64,000 nucleotides of DNA, taken from IMG/VR virus record IMGVR_UViG_3300008114_000042, positions 34,865 to 98,864 of that record; one strand, 5' to 3'. Position numbers and translations under genes: made by a program. The stretch's first letter is position 1. Each line of letters opens with the position of its first letter. The DNA is from a virus. This document shows, piece after piece, positions 30,016-41,039 of this stretch. The notes under the pieces are model-generated. The model was not told the DNA's origin. It was given only the letters and a program-made list of their open reading frames with translations, and did no database searches.

Positions 30016-30291
30016 ATGCTACGAGTAACGATAGAACTGGTGCCCTTCGGTATAGAGGAAGAGGCACGGGAGATAGGCAAGATGGTTATTGCCAACGACG
30101 GTAGCAGAGGCTATGGCGTAGGAGACTATGCCTATGCTTTCACCTACACAGACAGACCCGCCAATGTTTCTACCGGCACCATCAAGAACTTCACTCGTTC
30201 ACTTGGAGCATGGTCGCTGGTAAAGCGCATCCTCAACAAGCGCACAGAAGAAAAAACCCCACTTACAGAAAGATTGGAAGAAAGACTGTGA
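30016..30291 (+). CDS. conserved phage hypothetical protein
   Basis: 'MLRVTIELVPFG...IANDG'. Confidence 0.65.
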   Translation: MLRVTIELVPFGIEEEAREIGKMVIANDGSRGYGVGDYAYAFTYTDRPANVSTGTIKNFTRSLGAWSLVKRILNKRTEEKTPLTERLEERL

Positions 30292-30653
30292 GCATCCAGC
30301 GGTGGCACCCCGTAACCGACTACAATACCGCGTGGGCCGAACCCGATCCAGAGGGCAAGTGGGTCACCTATGACGACCATCTCGCCGCCCTCGCCGCCTT
30401 GAAAGCAGAATACAGTGATGGGGCATCGACGACTGCTATTGGAGCAATGGTGGCTGGCTTGGACCATGCACCTGTAAGAAAGGGGCAGGCAATGATGAAC
30501 GAGCAGCATGACCCCTTCTGCCCTAAGAACACAGAGCGATGGACACCATGCCAATGCTCCTTCATTACCCTCGTTCGTGAAGACGAAAGAAACAGGAAAC
30601 CATCCAAGCAGATGGGAATAGCAGACGGACACCTCAAAGGAGAAACATGCTAG
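30288..30653 (+). CDS. SIQRW + HDxxC-CxC fusion (or two in-frame genes)
   Basis: GTG 30288; both modules in one frame. Confidence 0.55.
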   Translation: MSIQRWHPVTDYNTAWAEPDPEGKWVTYDDHLAALAALKAEYSDGASTTAIGAMVAGLDHAPVRKGQAMMNEQHDPFCPKNTERWTPCQCSFITLVREDERNRKPSKQMGIADGHLKGETC

Positions 30654-31529
30654 TCTGGGTACAAGCACGCGACAAGGAGACAAAGGAAGAGTTCAACGCT
30701 ATTCAGTCATTCGACAACACCGCTATTGTAGTCGGGTACTTGGCAGGAATGACCGCACACAGCGAGTTGATAAGTATTAGTCTAGAGTACAGTGATGAAG
30801 ATGAAGACCTTGCAGGGGCATGACTATGACAACGGTATGTGCGTGCGCTGCAAGCGCAGTTATTTCCAGACGATAGGCACAGTGTGCGACAAGGAGAAGA
30901 AATGAATACGCTTGTATGCAGATGTAGAGGATGCACCGTGGCCTACAACGCCGGTAGACAGGATGCTGCTGATGCTGTGGATAACCTTCCCCTACTCCCT
31001 TACCAAGGTGAATGGGCAGTCAAGTACAAGGATGCTATTGAGGCAGCCTTGGGCACACCCGTCAAGCACATCACCGGAGCAGACTTAATGAGGGATAAAT
31101 GATTATTTTCATTGAGGTAGAAAAAGGGCATTCCATACGGCAGGGTGATCCCAAGCCGGGAGGCAGAGGGTTTGAGATTTGGTGGAGGAAAGATAGGGAT
31201 AACTGGTCTGACTTCCTTGGCTGGATTCCCCCAGAAAAATTTGAGGCAGAATACAACTACCACTTATCCACAGGCGATCAGGTGTTTGTGAAGTACCTTG
31301 TTGACGATGGAGTAACCGGGCATCCTGTATAATGGGGGTATGAAGATAAGCACCCGCTATCAGAAGTCAATTGACTCCTATGTCTTCCGTGAAGGAAACA
31401 TTCCCCGCAAGGACATAGCGAATCTCACCGACAAAAACCTCATCACCATCATCAAGACTTGGACACATCACACGCTCACGGCTGCTGAAATAAAGGAATG
31501 GCGTAACCACGCCAAGCATGGCTACAAAT

Positions 31530-32210
31530 GGTAGAAAAATTCCCACAAAAATTTTCAACTTTGGAGCCAGATGATTTCCAAAGATAATTTCAATAAAGAT
31601 TTTCCAAGAAAAATTTCCAGCAAAAATTTGGGAAAAAATTTTCCAAAGAAAGTTCAGGGCAGTATGCCCTACAAACGCTTCAAGAAGCCACACGAGGACA
31701 GGACAAGGAAGAGCAATGAAACCCCCACCGAACATAACAAGCAAGAGTAAGGGTACTGTAGCAGTAGTCACCACCCCTCGCCGGGTAATCAAGGAAGGCC
31801 GTCAACCCATCATAGGCGACAGTGCCCACTTCATCACGGTACAGACACACAGGCAAGCAGGCTATTGGCCCCAAGCCAAGAAACAGACTAATGATGCGGC
31901 GCAGCCGCCCACCAAGGCCCGGTAGTCAGTATTAACCCCCCTATAAGAAACATACACATATATATATACCCTGATAGAAGGTGTTGATAGCCCTGTGGAT
32001 AAGGTGTTGACAAGGGATGGATGTTACTCTACTTACAACTAGATGGTTGTGTATGGTATTAGATTGGGTGGGGTGTGTGCGCGGCAATATACTTAATCTT
32101 CGTAATCTTTATCAAAAAACAGCCTATTTCCCCCTATTTACTGCCAAAAACACCCGATTCTTGCCATATTTCCTCCAAAACAGGGTGTTTTTTGCCATTT
32201 CCCACAATCC
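31530..32210. other. largely non-coding AT-rich convergence zone with phased A/T tracts, DnaA box and ~31-bp imperfect repeats
   Basis: A/T tracts 31535-31650; TGTGGATAA 31994-32002; 'aaaac' ending 32120/32151/32181. Confidence 0.55.
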
Positions 32211-32232
32211 TTGACATTTGAGCGATTATGTG

Positions 32233-32745
32233 CTATGCCTTGACGATATCCACAGGCAGACAGCAATAGGAGTCATAGAGACAGGCTGCTTCCACTGCCT
32301 TATGTATTCTCTTATATGGGGATTTGACACTATCAGAGGTGAATAGGCTTCCTAACGCTACCCCGAAACCTGAGCCAGTAGCAGTCTCCTTCACCTCTAT
32401 CACTCCCCAATCATCCTGCTGCACTTCCCATAGCATCCCCTTAGCACCAATGAGAAGGCTTGCAGCCTCTCCCTTCTTGTTGCCAAAGGCTTCGATAGCA
32501 GCCTTGTACTGCTCTACGATACTCAGACGCAGTGTGCCATACATATCACCATCGTCAGGTGTGGGGATATCAAGGAAATCAAACAACTGCCCGTTCCCGA
32601 ATGAACCAGAGTAGCCGTAGGCCCATCCATTGTTCACTCCCACCTTAGGCCGGGTAGTCGGAACAATAACTCCCCCTCCTGATGCCCCTCTATCTCCCCC
32701 TATGTATGTACTACCATTATGGGTAAGACCTACGATAACCGTCAT
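32233..32745 (-). CDS. Ntn-hydrolase (HslV/proteasome-beta-like peptidase)
   Basis: N-terminal M-T, 'GGDR', 'K', 'GSG', 'ALGSL'. Confidence 0.8.
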   Translation of the reverse strand: MTVIVGLTHNGSTYIGGDRGASGGGVIVPTTRPKVGVNNGWAYGYSGSFGNGQLFDFLDIPTPDDGDMYGTLRLSIVEQYKAAIEAFGNKKGEAASLLIGAKGMLWEVQQDDWGVIEVKETATGSGFGVALGSLFTSDSVKSPYKRIHKAVEAACLYDSYCCLPVDIVKA

Positions 32746-33929
32746 GTGCTCCTGCCTTCCATTAAGTGGTTCGTAATATCCATTATACAGGATACCCTGC
32801 CGATACCCGAAAATCTGTGCAATATTTCTGTGCGGTTCGTAATCTATTTTCCTGCAATTCTGGGGGTCCTTCGTAAATGGAGGGTGGTGTCCGATATGGT
32901 AGGGTTTGGGAGGATTTGTGCATGAAATTTTCTTGGGCTAAATGGGCGAAATGTCCGATTTGTTAATGTGCGAAATGTCCGATTTGGGTGATATTGTCCA
33001 CAGGTTATGCACAGGGGCCGCGCCCCGCCTCACTTTTCTAGACTATGCTCACTTAACGAACTCTCCCCATCCCCGAACACCAACAGTGTGCATCCCCCCA
33101 TGAGAAAGAACACGAAGATTAGTGCGATCACTCCCCCCACGAATGTAGTAATGAAGTCATCACCCCTCTGCTGATTCATCATTGTCTCCCATCTCTACCG
33201 CCGAATACACGATGGTGAACAGCCGACTAGTGAGTTCTGGTGACTCCCAGTAGGTCCGACGAACATCATGCTTGATCGTTTCTTCCTTTGTTGTCTGTAG
33301 GTAGCGCTCCAACTTATTCGTCGCCATTGTTCCACGCCTCCGTAACGTCAGCAATAAGAATACCACGGTGGTCATAGAGATAGACTGAGGCATACTCGGG
33401 GTAGATAGAGTCAGACTCAATAGACTCTACCCAATAGACCTTATCGCCTTCCTGTACCCGGCTCCAAAACTCATCCTCATCGAATGGCCCCTGTGGGAAT
33501 GAGATGTGAGACTTGCCTTCATCATTCCACGCAAGCGAATAGCACTCGCCCATTTCTCCAAGATCGTGGACCTCGGGGTCCAGTACCCATACTGTCATTT
33601 CACTCCTTTGCTTGGTTCTATTCTACCAGAAACGGGGGCAGTTGTCAATACTAACTACCCCCGCTCTGGGACACCGACCCATACAGGCCAGCGGCGGTTC
33701 CCATCCCAAGGAACACTAATCAATCCGGCACTCAGGCCAGATTGTAGCCAGCACTTCCACCATCTGCCTACACTTTATATCTTGGTATGCTTCCGGTGTC
33801 CAAGACTCGGGATAAAACCATTCCTCAGCAGCAGTGTCCCAGACATTGCCGTCAAGATACTTGGTCTCATCCTCAACAGACCACTTGTGGGTATGGTCGT
33901 TGTATGACACGATGTAGTGATATTCCATC

Positions 33930-34244
33930 TTAAATACCTTCAATCAGATTGACGGGAGTAGTGATACGTCCACGGAAGCGACCACATGGCCTATCAAGTT
34001 GGACAACAACCTTGGTCCTATTGATCTGGACGATAGTTCCCTGCTCACCAGCAAGGTACTTGGGCCGGGTATTGGAAGTGTAACGCACCCTATCCCCTAC
34101 ATTGTAGTCAGTAGCCTTGGGAGCAAGCGCATCCATCCTACTCTTGATAGTCTGCATCATACCATCAAGGTACTCATCAAACTCTCCATTCAGAATACCC
34201 GCTGCAATAATGTAGTAGTCATCGAACTTGATCTTGGTTTCCAT
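33930..34244 (-). CDS. SH3/KOW-like hypothetical protein
   Basis: 'VGDRVRY...GTIVQINRTKVVV'. Confidence 0.6.
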   Translation of the reverse strand: METKIKFDDYYIIAAGILNGEFDEYLDGMMQTIKSRMDALAPKATDYNVGDRVRYTSNTRPKYLAGEQGTIVQINRTKVVVQLDRPCGRFRGRITTPVNLIEGI

Positions 34245-34258
34245 TTCATTTCCCTTCA

Positions 34259-34846
34259 TTAGATACCCCACGGTGGCTTCGCACCGTCACGCTTGGGGTC
34301 TGCCCCCATACGCATAAGTGCTGTTTCCAACTTAACAATAAGACGACCAGCGGGAGTCTGCCAGTAGTCGGCGGTCTCACAGGTCTGGTAGTCATAGCAA
34401 CGAACCAGATGGAGCGCTTGGTCCATACTCTCAGGGTCATAGTCGTCATAGTGACGCTGAGTAGAGGCAAACGGCTTCGACCAACGATAGGAGGGGGTCC
34501 GACCTCGCTCGCCATAGCGATAGTTGATAGACCTGTGATTCTCCTTCCAGAGCATCTTCCCCATGTTGGTCTTGTCTGCCTTGGATACCCCCAGCATATC
34601 AGCCCAATACACAAGAGCGTCAATGTGACGCTTGCTTACGATCCATGCACTCATGCCAGTTCCTCTCCATCCATCGGGACCAAGGAGGGTGTAGTTCCCC
34701 CAGCCAAACTCTTCCTCTGCCCATGACTCAATAAGTGAGATAACTTCTTCGTCAGTAGGATCAATGTCCATTTCCCGCAGGTAGGTGCGGGCATCCTCAA
34801 CGTTATAGGTAAACGTCTGCTGGGCCATGATATACTCTGGTAGCAT
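34259..34846 (-). CDS. hypothetical protein (possible fusion; second start at 34654)
   Basis: 'MSAWIV...EN.RS..YRY...CYDYQTCE...W'. Confidence 0.6.
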   Translation of the reverse strand: MLPEYIMAQQTFTYNVEDARTYLREMDIDPTDEEVISLIESWAEEEFGWGNYTLLGPDGWRGTGMSAWIVSKRHIDALVYWADMLGVSKADKTNMGKMLWKENHRSINYRYGERGRTPSYRWSKPFASTQRHYDDYDPESMDQALHLVRCYDYQTCETADYWQTPAGRLIVKLETALMRMGADPKRDGAKPPWGI

Positions 34847-35366
34847 TATGCCTCCTGCCAGTTAAAGTAGACACGGGGAGCGTGAGTAAACTCAAGTGTG
34901 CCCTGCACACCGTCAGACTTACGATTCACAACAACAAACGGAGCAACGAAACCAAGAACCTCAAAGTCCTCTTGCAGTTCTTGGGTGTTCCACTCAGTCT
35001 TCATAGTCATCCTCATCCTACTCACGGGGAGCATCGTCCATAATTTGCAGGGTACCGGAGGAAAGCAGCCATTCCAACTGTCCCATACCGTCCAGAATCT
35101 CATCAGACTCAAACTCATAGTCTGCCTCGTGCCCACCGCACTCAATGTAACCGGAGTAAATCATCACTCGTCCTCATCCTCAGGCTCCTCAACACTGTCA
35201 ATTTCGTAGTTGTCAAATGGCATAGTGTAGCCACCGTTGGCAGAGTAGGCCGACCAATTCTCGGAAAACTCAATAGAGGCAGTGTTAAGAGCCTCATCGT
35301 AGGAGTTAGCCTCTACCTCAAACGAGTCAGAGAAGTAGGCATTGACGTACACAACGTAGGTTCCCA

Positions 35367-35729
35367 TCACGCACCGCTCCAAGAGAAGTTGGAAACATCA
35401 TCGACATCAATGCTGATGTTGTCAATGTCGGAGGTATAGGAGGAGAAGTGGACCTCACCAGAGACCTCGGCCTCAATGTCATCGCAATCGAAGCCCACCA
35501 GCGGCACGGTAACGTAGCCAGAGAAGTGGAAGTCACCCTCAACGTAAATCTCCTGCGTGAGAGAGAAGCCAAAAATCTTAGCAATAGGCTCAGCATGATC
35601 CTCAAGGTCCTCAATGTTTTCCTTGAGATACTCTTCCAACTCAGCAATCATGCGGTTCTTGGTGTTCACGGTCTGTTCCAGCCGCTCAATGCGCTCAGAC
35701 ATTGCCAGCACCTCTTCGTACTCGGGCAT
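35367..35729 (-). CDS. acidic hypothetical protein
   Basis: RBS GAAAGG; own promoter. Confidence 0.6.
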   Translation of the reverse strand: MPEYEEVLAMSERIERLEQTVNTKNRMIAELEEYLKENIEDLEDHAEPIAKIFGFSLTQEIYVEGDFHFSGYVTVPLVGFDCDDIEAEVSGEVHFSSYTSDIDNISIDVDDVSNFSWSGA

Positions 35730-36050
35730 TTGTTCCTTTCACGGAGGGCGTTTCCCTCGCTTCTATAGGTCTAAGTATACCCTACTCTGACCCACAGCGC
35801 AAGAGTTTCGCCAGAAAAATCTTAGAATTTTTTGCCCAAGAAGTTCGGGATAAAATTTGTGGAAAAAATTGTAGATAAATTTTCGGGGCCGCGCCCCGCA
35901 AAATTTTCCAGAAAGATTCTGACGCACATACCGACCACGATCACAAGACAAATTTGGTGAGAGGAATCCTCTGCGCAAATTGTAATACTGCCTTGGGATT
36001 AATGAAGGACGACCCCGAGATTCTCAGGGCCGCCCTCCACTATTTAGAGA

Positions 36051-37055
36051 TTACAGGCCAGCGACCTGCTTAACAATCCCAAGGAGCCGGTTCTTCTCCG
36101 CATTCGTGGCGGCATCAAAACCAGAGGCAGCAGCCAGAACGGCGGTTGCGTCACCCTTGCGGGGGTTCCTGTACCAATCCAGTCGTTCGGTCAGGGCATT
36201 CAGGCATCCCCACGCAGTACCGGCGATCATGCCGTTAGTCTCACCAGTGTAGATAGAGTTGATCGTGTCAACCTTCTTCTCCCACTTGGAGAACGAGCCC
36301 TTAGCATCCTTGTCAGGAACCGGGTAGGCAGCGGTGATGATGTCGAAGAACTGCTTATCGCTAATCTCCTTGGCAATCATCTCAGCAGCCTGCTTGTCGA
36401 ACTCATCCATGTAGGCGTGAGCCAGACCAAGAGCCTCACGAGCAGCAGCAATACGGCCCTCAAGAGTCTGAGTGTGACGGATACGGTAGGACTGCTTTGC
36501 AGCCTTGCCACGAGCGCCAACAGCCATGTTGAGCGTGTTCTGGCAGACCACACGGACGGGGGTAACGCTGGCCTGAATAGCAAGCGAGCCGTCATGCGAG
36601 GTATGAACCAGCAGGTAAGACTTCACCTTATCACTGACACCCTTGGGGTCAAGGACAGTCTCACGCTCAAGAGCGAGGGAGCCGAACACGACGGTACCAT
36701 TCTTGATAGCGCCAGCAGTCTCCCAGCGAGCACCGTCAAGGATGTTATCACCGAAGGCAAACAGTTCCTCATTCTGGAGCACCTTGTAACGCTCGCCCAC
36801 GACACCAAGAACGTCCTTCTGAGAACGGTCAAACGGGTTGGTGCGAACGGTAGAGAACCAGTCCTTATGACTGTTGGTATTCTTAGGGAACTTGATCGGC
36901 TCAAGCCGAACGTTCCAATCGTTGAGGTGTGCTGCTGCCAGCATTTCCTCGGTAGTGACCTCATCCTCAAGGATGGTGCCCAGACCATGCCATGCAGGCT
37001 GACGCAGGGAGGCGAAGGTCGCCATATCCTCGTACTGCTCAAGCATATGTGCCAT
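36051..37055 (-). CDS. DUF932-family phage/plasmid protein
   Basis: 'PAWHGLG', 'LQN', 'SHDGS', 'RVVCQNTL', 'TAWG..NA..E..DW'. Confidence 0.88.
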   Translation of the reverse strand: MAHMLEQYEDMATFASLRQPAWHGLGTILEDEVTTEEMLAAAHLNDWNVRLEPIKFPKNTNSHKDWFSTVRTNPFDRSQKDVLGVVGERYKVLQNEELFAFGDNILDGARWETAGAIKNGTVVFGSLALERETVLDPKGVSDKVKSYLLVHTSHDGSLAIQASVTPVRVVCQNTLNMAVGARGKAAKQSYRIRHTQTLEGRIAAAREALGLAHAYMDEFDKQAAEMIAKEISDKQFFDIITAAYPVPDKDAKGSFSKWEKKVDTINSIYTGETNGMIAGTAWGCLNALTERLDWYRNPRKGDATAVLAAASGFDAATNAEKNRLLGIVKQVAGL

Positions 37056-39041
37056 TTTGTTACTTCCTTTCGTGAGGGACAATCCCTCGTTGTTGTTATA
37101 GTCTAAGTATACACGATCCGGCGCAGGTTGTCAAGAGGAAAATTCATTTTTCCTGCGATATTTTTAGTTAGTCCGTAATCCGTTTCGGGCAGGGTGTCCG
37201 GTTTGACCCAGTTTGGGGGAGGATCGAATGTCCGTTTTGCCCGTTTTGGGTGTCCGAACTGTCCGATTCTCCCCTTTTTGCTACTCTAAGTATACCGGAC
37301 TTGGAAACCATTGTCAATGTGAGATAGATCACACGGGGCGCGGGTAGGGTTAGGGTACCCTTACTCCCTATTCAGTGCAGCCTCAGCATAGAAGTCCTCA
37401 TAGCCCATCATAGGCTCATCAAAGGATGCCTTCATCTCGGCATGGTCCTCGTCTGTGAGGTCTTCCCACATTGTCTCGGGGTACTCATAGGGATCACCGT
37501 AGTAGCCGTACTGCTCATCAGTACCCCAGCCACACGACTCCATCACGAAGTCAAAATCGTCATTCATCGAACGTACCAGTCCTCATCAGAAATATTGCTA
37601 CGGGTAATGGGGGCCAGCATCTCAAAGCCCCACAGAGCGGTGGTGCGCTCGCCACACACCGGGCAAGGACCATAGGCAACGTTGGTCCAGTCCTCCCCAC
37701 GCTGGTGGATGCCAGCGAAAGGCATGGCGTTGTGGAGGCCACGACCCTCATAGGCGCACTCTACACAGTCGATAGTGGCGGGGCTGTGAACCGCTTCCTT
37801 GGTCTCATTCATAGTTCTACTATAGCATCGATGGGGGCTGTAGTCAAGTCCTGAGAGTGTGATGTGTAACACACGGGGGCGCGGGGCCTACTCGTCCCCG
37901 AAGCCCCACGAGTCAAGGGAATCCTCATCGAAATGACCCCGCATCATCTGCTCAGTGTACCAGCCTTGAGCGTCGAAGCCGTCTGAAAACTCGAAAATAG
38001 CCATTATTTTCCCTTTCTGTTGACACTACAATACCACATAATTGCTCTGGGAGTCAACTTCTGGTGTTGTGATGTCGGTCACAGGGCGGGTCGCGCCCCG
38101 CAAAAAGTATTTGAGTAGTTTTACATCATACTCAGGATGTTGGTCGAAAGGAAAGAGGGAAAGGTACCTCACATCTTTCGTCCATTCCCCACTATGACCA
38201 GTAGTGAGGAAGTTGAAGGCCACCTTTATCCCCTTGCTTGGGTGGCATATGGTAAGAGTCTTATCTCTATCTCATAGAGTGGGGTCTTACCGTTTTTTAA
38301 TTAGACAGTAACGTTGGCACGGATGCCCCGTGGGAGGGTAGAGAAGATAACGTCGTCATTGACGGTCATCTCCACGATCTTCCGACCGTTGTGCTTGTGG
38401 ATATCTAGAACGGTACCACGGAGGCCCGAACGGGAGGTACGGTAGGTGTCGCCAACCTTGACTGACTTGGGCTTGCTCGGCATATGTATTCCTTAGTGCT
38501 GTAGTGGGTCTTTCTGATGACTCAAGTATACCGGATACCGGCGCTATTGTCAAGTCACGTTTCGGTAACGCTACTCTTCGTAGTCGGGACTATCCAACAC
38601 AATACAGGGAAGCGTATCGGTATCAGATACCTCAATAGACTTAAACTCGGACCACTCATCTAACAGATGAATGATGTACCCGCTGCCGGTGGGAAACATG
38701 GAATTAATGACGTACTCACTGCCACGGATAATTACCCTGTCCCCTACTTCAAGCGAATAGACTTCTATTCTATCAATGACCTTCATGCGCACCCCCCAAA
38801 CAACGGGGTATAGAAATAGATGTGAATGTCTAGGGTTGACTTCCAGAGTGAAATCCAGTCCCCAAACTCATCCCCATCGACATAGCACAGGAAGTCGTTA
38901 TCAGTGTAGACGATCCATTTGTCCTCGTCATCATCATAGGGCATTTCATAGACGTGTGCGTTCATCCGAACCACAGCGCCAAAAAGCCGGTAGCCATGAG
39001 AACGATGTTTTCCAACAGGAAGGGGGGAATTTTAATCTTCA

Positions 39042-39287
39042 TTACTTATCCCTACTAAAACCGTTGTCGGTCTCATCAATAGTATCTTGGGCAAACCCAA
39101 TGAGGCTTGCCTCAAACTTGCGTGCATGATGAGCACAGAATTGCAAGGGAAGACCCTTCTTGTTTGCCACCCGCACCCATGCTCGCTGAATACAACGGTC
39201 GCAACGGTCCATCAAGGAAAGGACAGGGGCAGGAGGGACAGGCTCATAATCGGCGTTGTCGATAAGAGTCTGAACAGGACTTCCCAT
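39042..39287 (-). CDS. small Cys/His actinobacterial-type protein
   Basis: 'DRCDRC..RAWV...LQFCAHH'. Confidence 0.65.
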   Translation of the reverse strand: MGSPVQTLIDNADYEPVPPAPVLSLMDRCDRCIQRAWVRVANKKGLPLQFCAHHARKFEASLIGFAQDTIDETDNGFSRDK

Positions 39288-39864
39288 TAGATTTCTCCTC
39301 TCAGAATAGCAGCCTTGATATAGTTAAGGTCAGAGGTATTGTCATAGGTATACTCAAGGATTTGATTGAGCACGCTTGCCTCATCAGGAGTAACCATGAG
39401 GGTGGCATAGACAAATTCAGTATTCGGCATTACGGTGCTTGGCCTTCCTAGTATACTTGCTCTTATTACGATGGGGCTGGGCAGCATTGGACCGGCGAAG
39501 GTCCTGCCAATACTGCACTTCCTCACGGGTCTTCTTTCTTGTTTTCATCATGGTAATACTTTACCACACTTTTCGTTGGATGGGAAGAGGCAAAACGGAC
39601 ATTGGAGTGTGATGATTGTCACATTGGACCGCGCCCCGCCTCAGATTTTTACCCTACAGCACTCAACGCATCAGCAATATCATACTTGACATTCTTTAAT
39701 CCGATAGTCACAGTCTCTATGCGATCCTCTGCGTTCTCATTCACAAATGCAAGACTCTCAAGACTGTCAATGATCTTGTTGACCTCATTTGCCGCACGGT
39801 AGAGAGCGTGACGCATAGCAAACTGAGTCTCAGTAAGTTCCTTGTTAGACTTCACCGGAAATCA

Positions 39865-40257
39865 CTATTTCCTTTCATCGTTCCAGCGCTGGATGCAACT
39901 CTTGCACCTACGCCTACCATCTACATATTTTGTGTTCTCGTCATTGTATGGGTGCCCCCACTTGCAATGGGTCTTGGCTTGGTTGGCGTGTCGGCCCTTG
40001 GACACCATATCTCCAACGTTGTCAGCAGGAGAGCCTGCTCGCAAGTGCCGTGGATTCACACAGGAACGATTATCACACAGGTGCATAACAACATCGGGCC
40101 ACTCTCCATAAGTCAGGAAATATGAGAGTCTGTGTGCCTTCCAATAGTTGTATTGTCCATACCCGCCGGGATTGACATACCCTGACCACTCCCAACATTC
40201 ATCGGGAGCCCCCATGACTACCCTCGCCCAGAACCGGGCAGGAGCCTTAGAATACAT
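39865..40257 (-). CDS. HNH endonuclease (HNH_3-like)
   Basis: 'CWEWSG...GYG...AHRLSY...H.CDN..CVNP.HL...N..D'. Confidence 0.88.
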   Translation of the reverse strand: MYSKAPARFWARVVMGAPDECWEWSGYVNPGGYGQYNYWKAHRLSYFLTYGEWPDVVMHLCDNRSCVNPRHLRAGSPADNVGDMVSKGRHANQAKTHCKWGHPYNDENTKYVDGRRRCKSCIQRWNDERK

Positions 40258-41039
40258 CTGAAACATCCAGAATCTCAAAGTCCTCAGGAGAAAACTCCTC
40301 ACGACTACGAATGTAGTCTAGGGCAGCATCCCTATTGGGGAAGGACCGCTGAAAGACGTTCAGGTAGTAAACTCTATACTGACTCATTGTTCTCACTTTC
40401 ATAGTTCATCTTAGAAGGCTTACGACAGTAGGAGCACACCCACTGTCCACTATTGGGGTCAAGTGTCCATCCATCCTTGGCACTATGACCCTTCGTACTA
40501 CCCTCACACCACGCTGTCATCGGCTTTGCAGCCTTGTAGTGATAGTATCAATGAGAGCGGAACAGCGCTGCTCAATTTCTTTGAGGTACTCCACCGCCTC
40601 CTCATCTTCACTGCACGTTCCCATGAGGTCCACAGCATTTTCCATACGGTCGTTCAGGGTGTCTGCAATGAAGTGCCAGACATCCTCCCGAAACTGAATA
40701 CTCACGGGCAAGGCGGGGGACCTTCCAATAATCTCGTAGTCATCAAATGTGGTGCCGTCGCCAGCCAACTCAACACGGCTGTTAATCTTCTCAACAGCAT
40801 CCTCCCATGAGCGGGTAGAGAATACAGGGCGACCTAGGAAGTGAACCTCATAACTCATGCGAGTGTCCCCACAAACTCTACGTCAACCAACTTGGTTGCA
40901 ATGGAAGGATGCACACCCTTGATAACGTCAGCCACGTCATGCAGGTCGTTCTCTTGGATAATGGTTCGATCCTGATTGTTAAATCGGTAAGTGATAACCC
41001 AGACGTTCATTGTGTAACCTTTCGTTGTTTCTTGGTTTT

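Noticed and set aside
31264-31272. TTATCCACA DnaA box
   Set aside because: Single copy inside a coding region; may be chance
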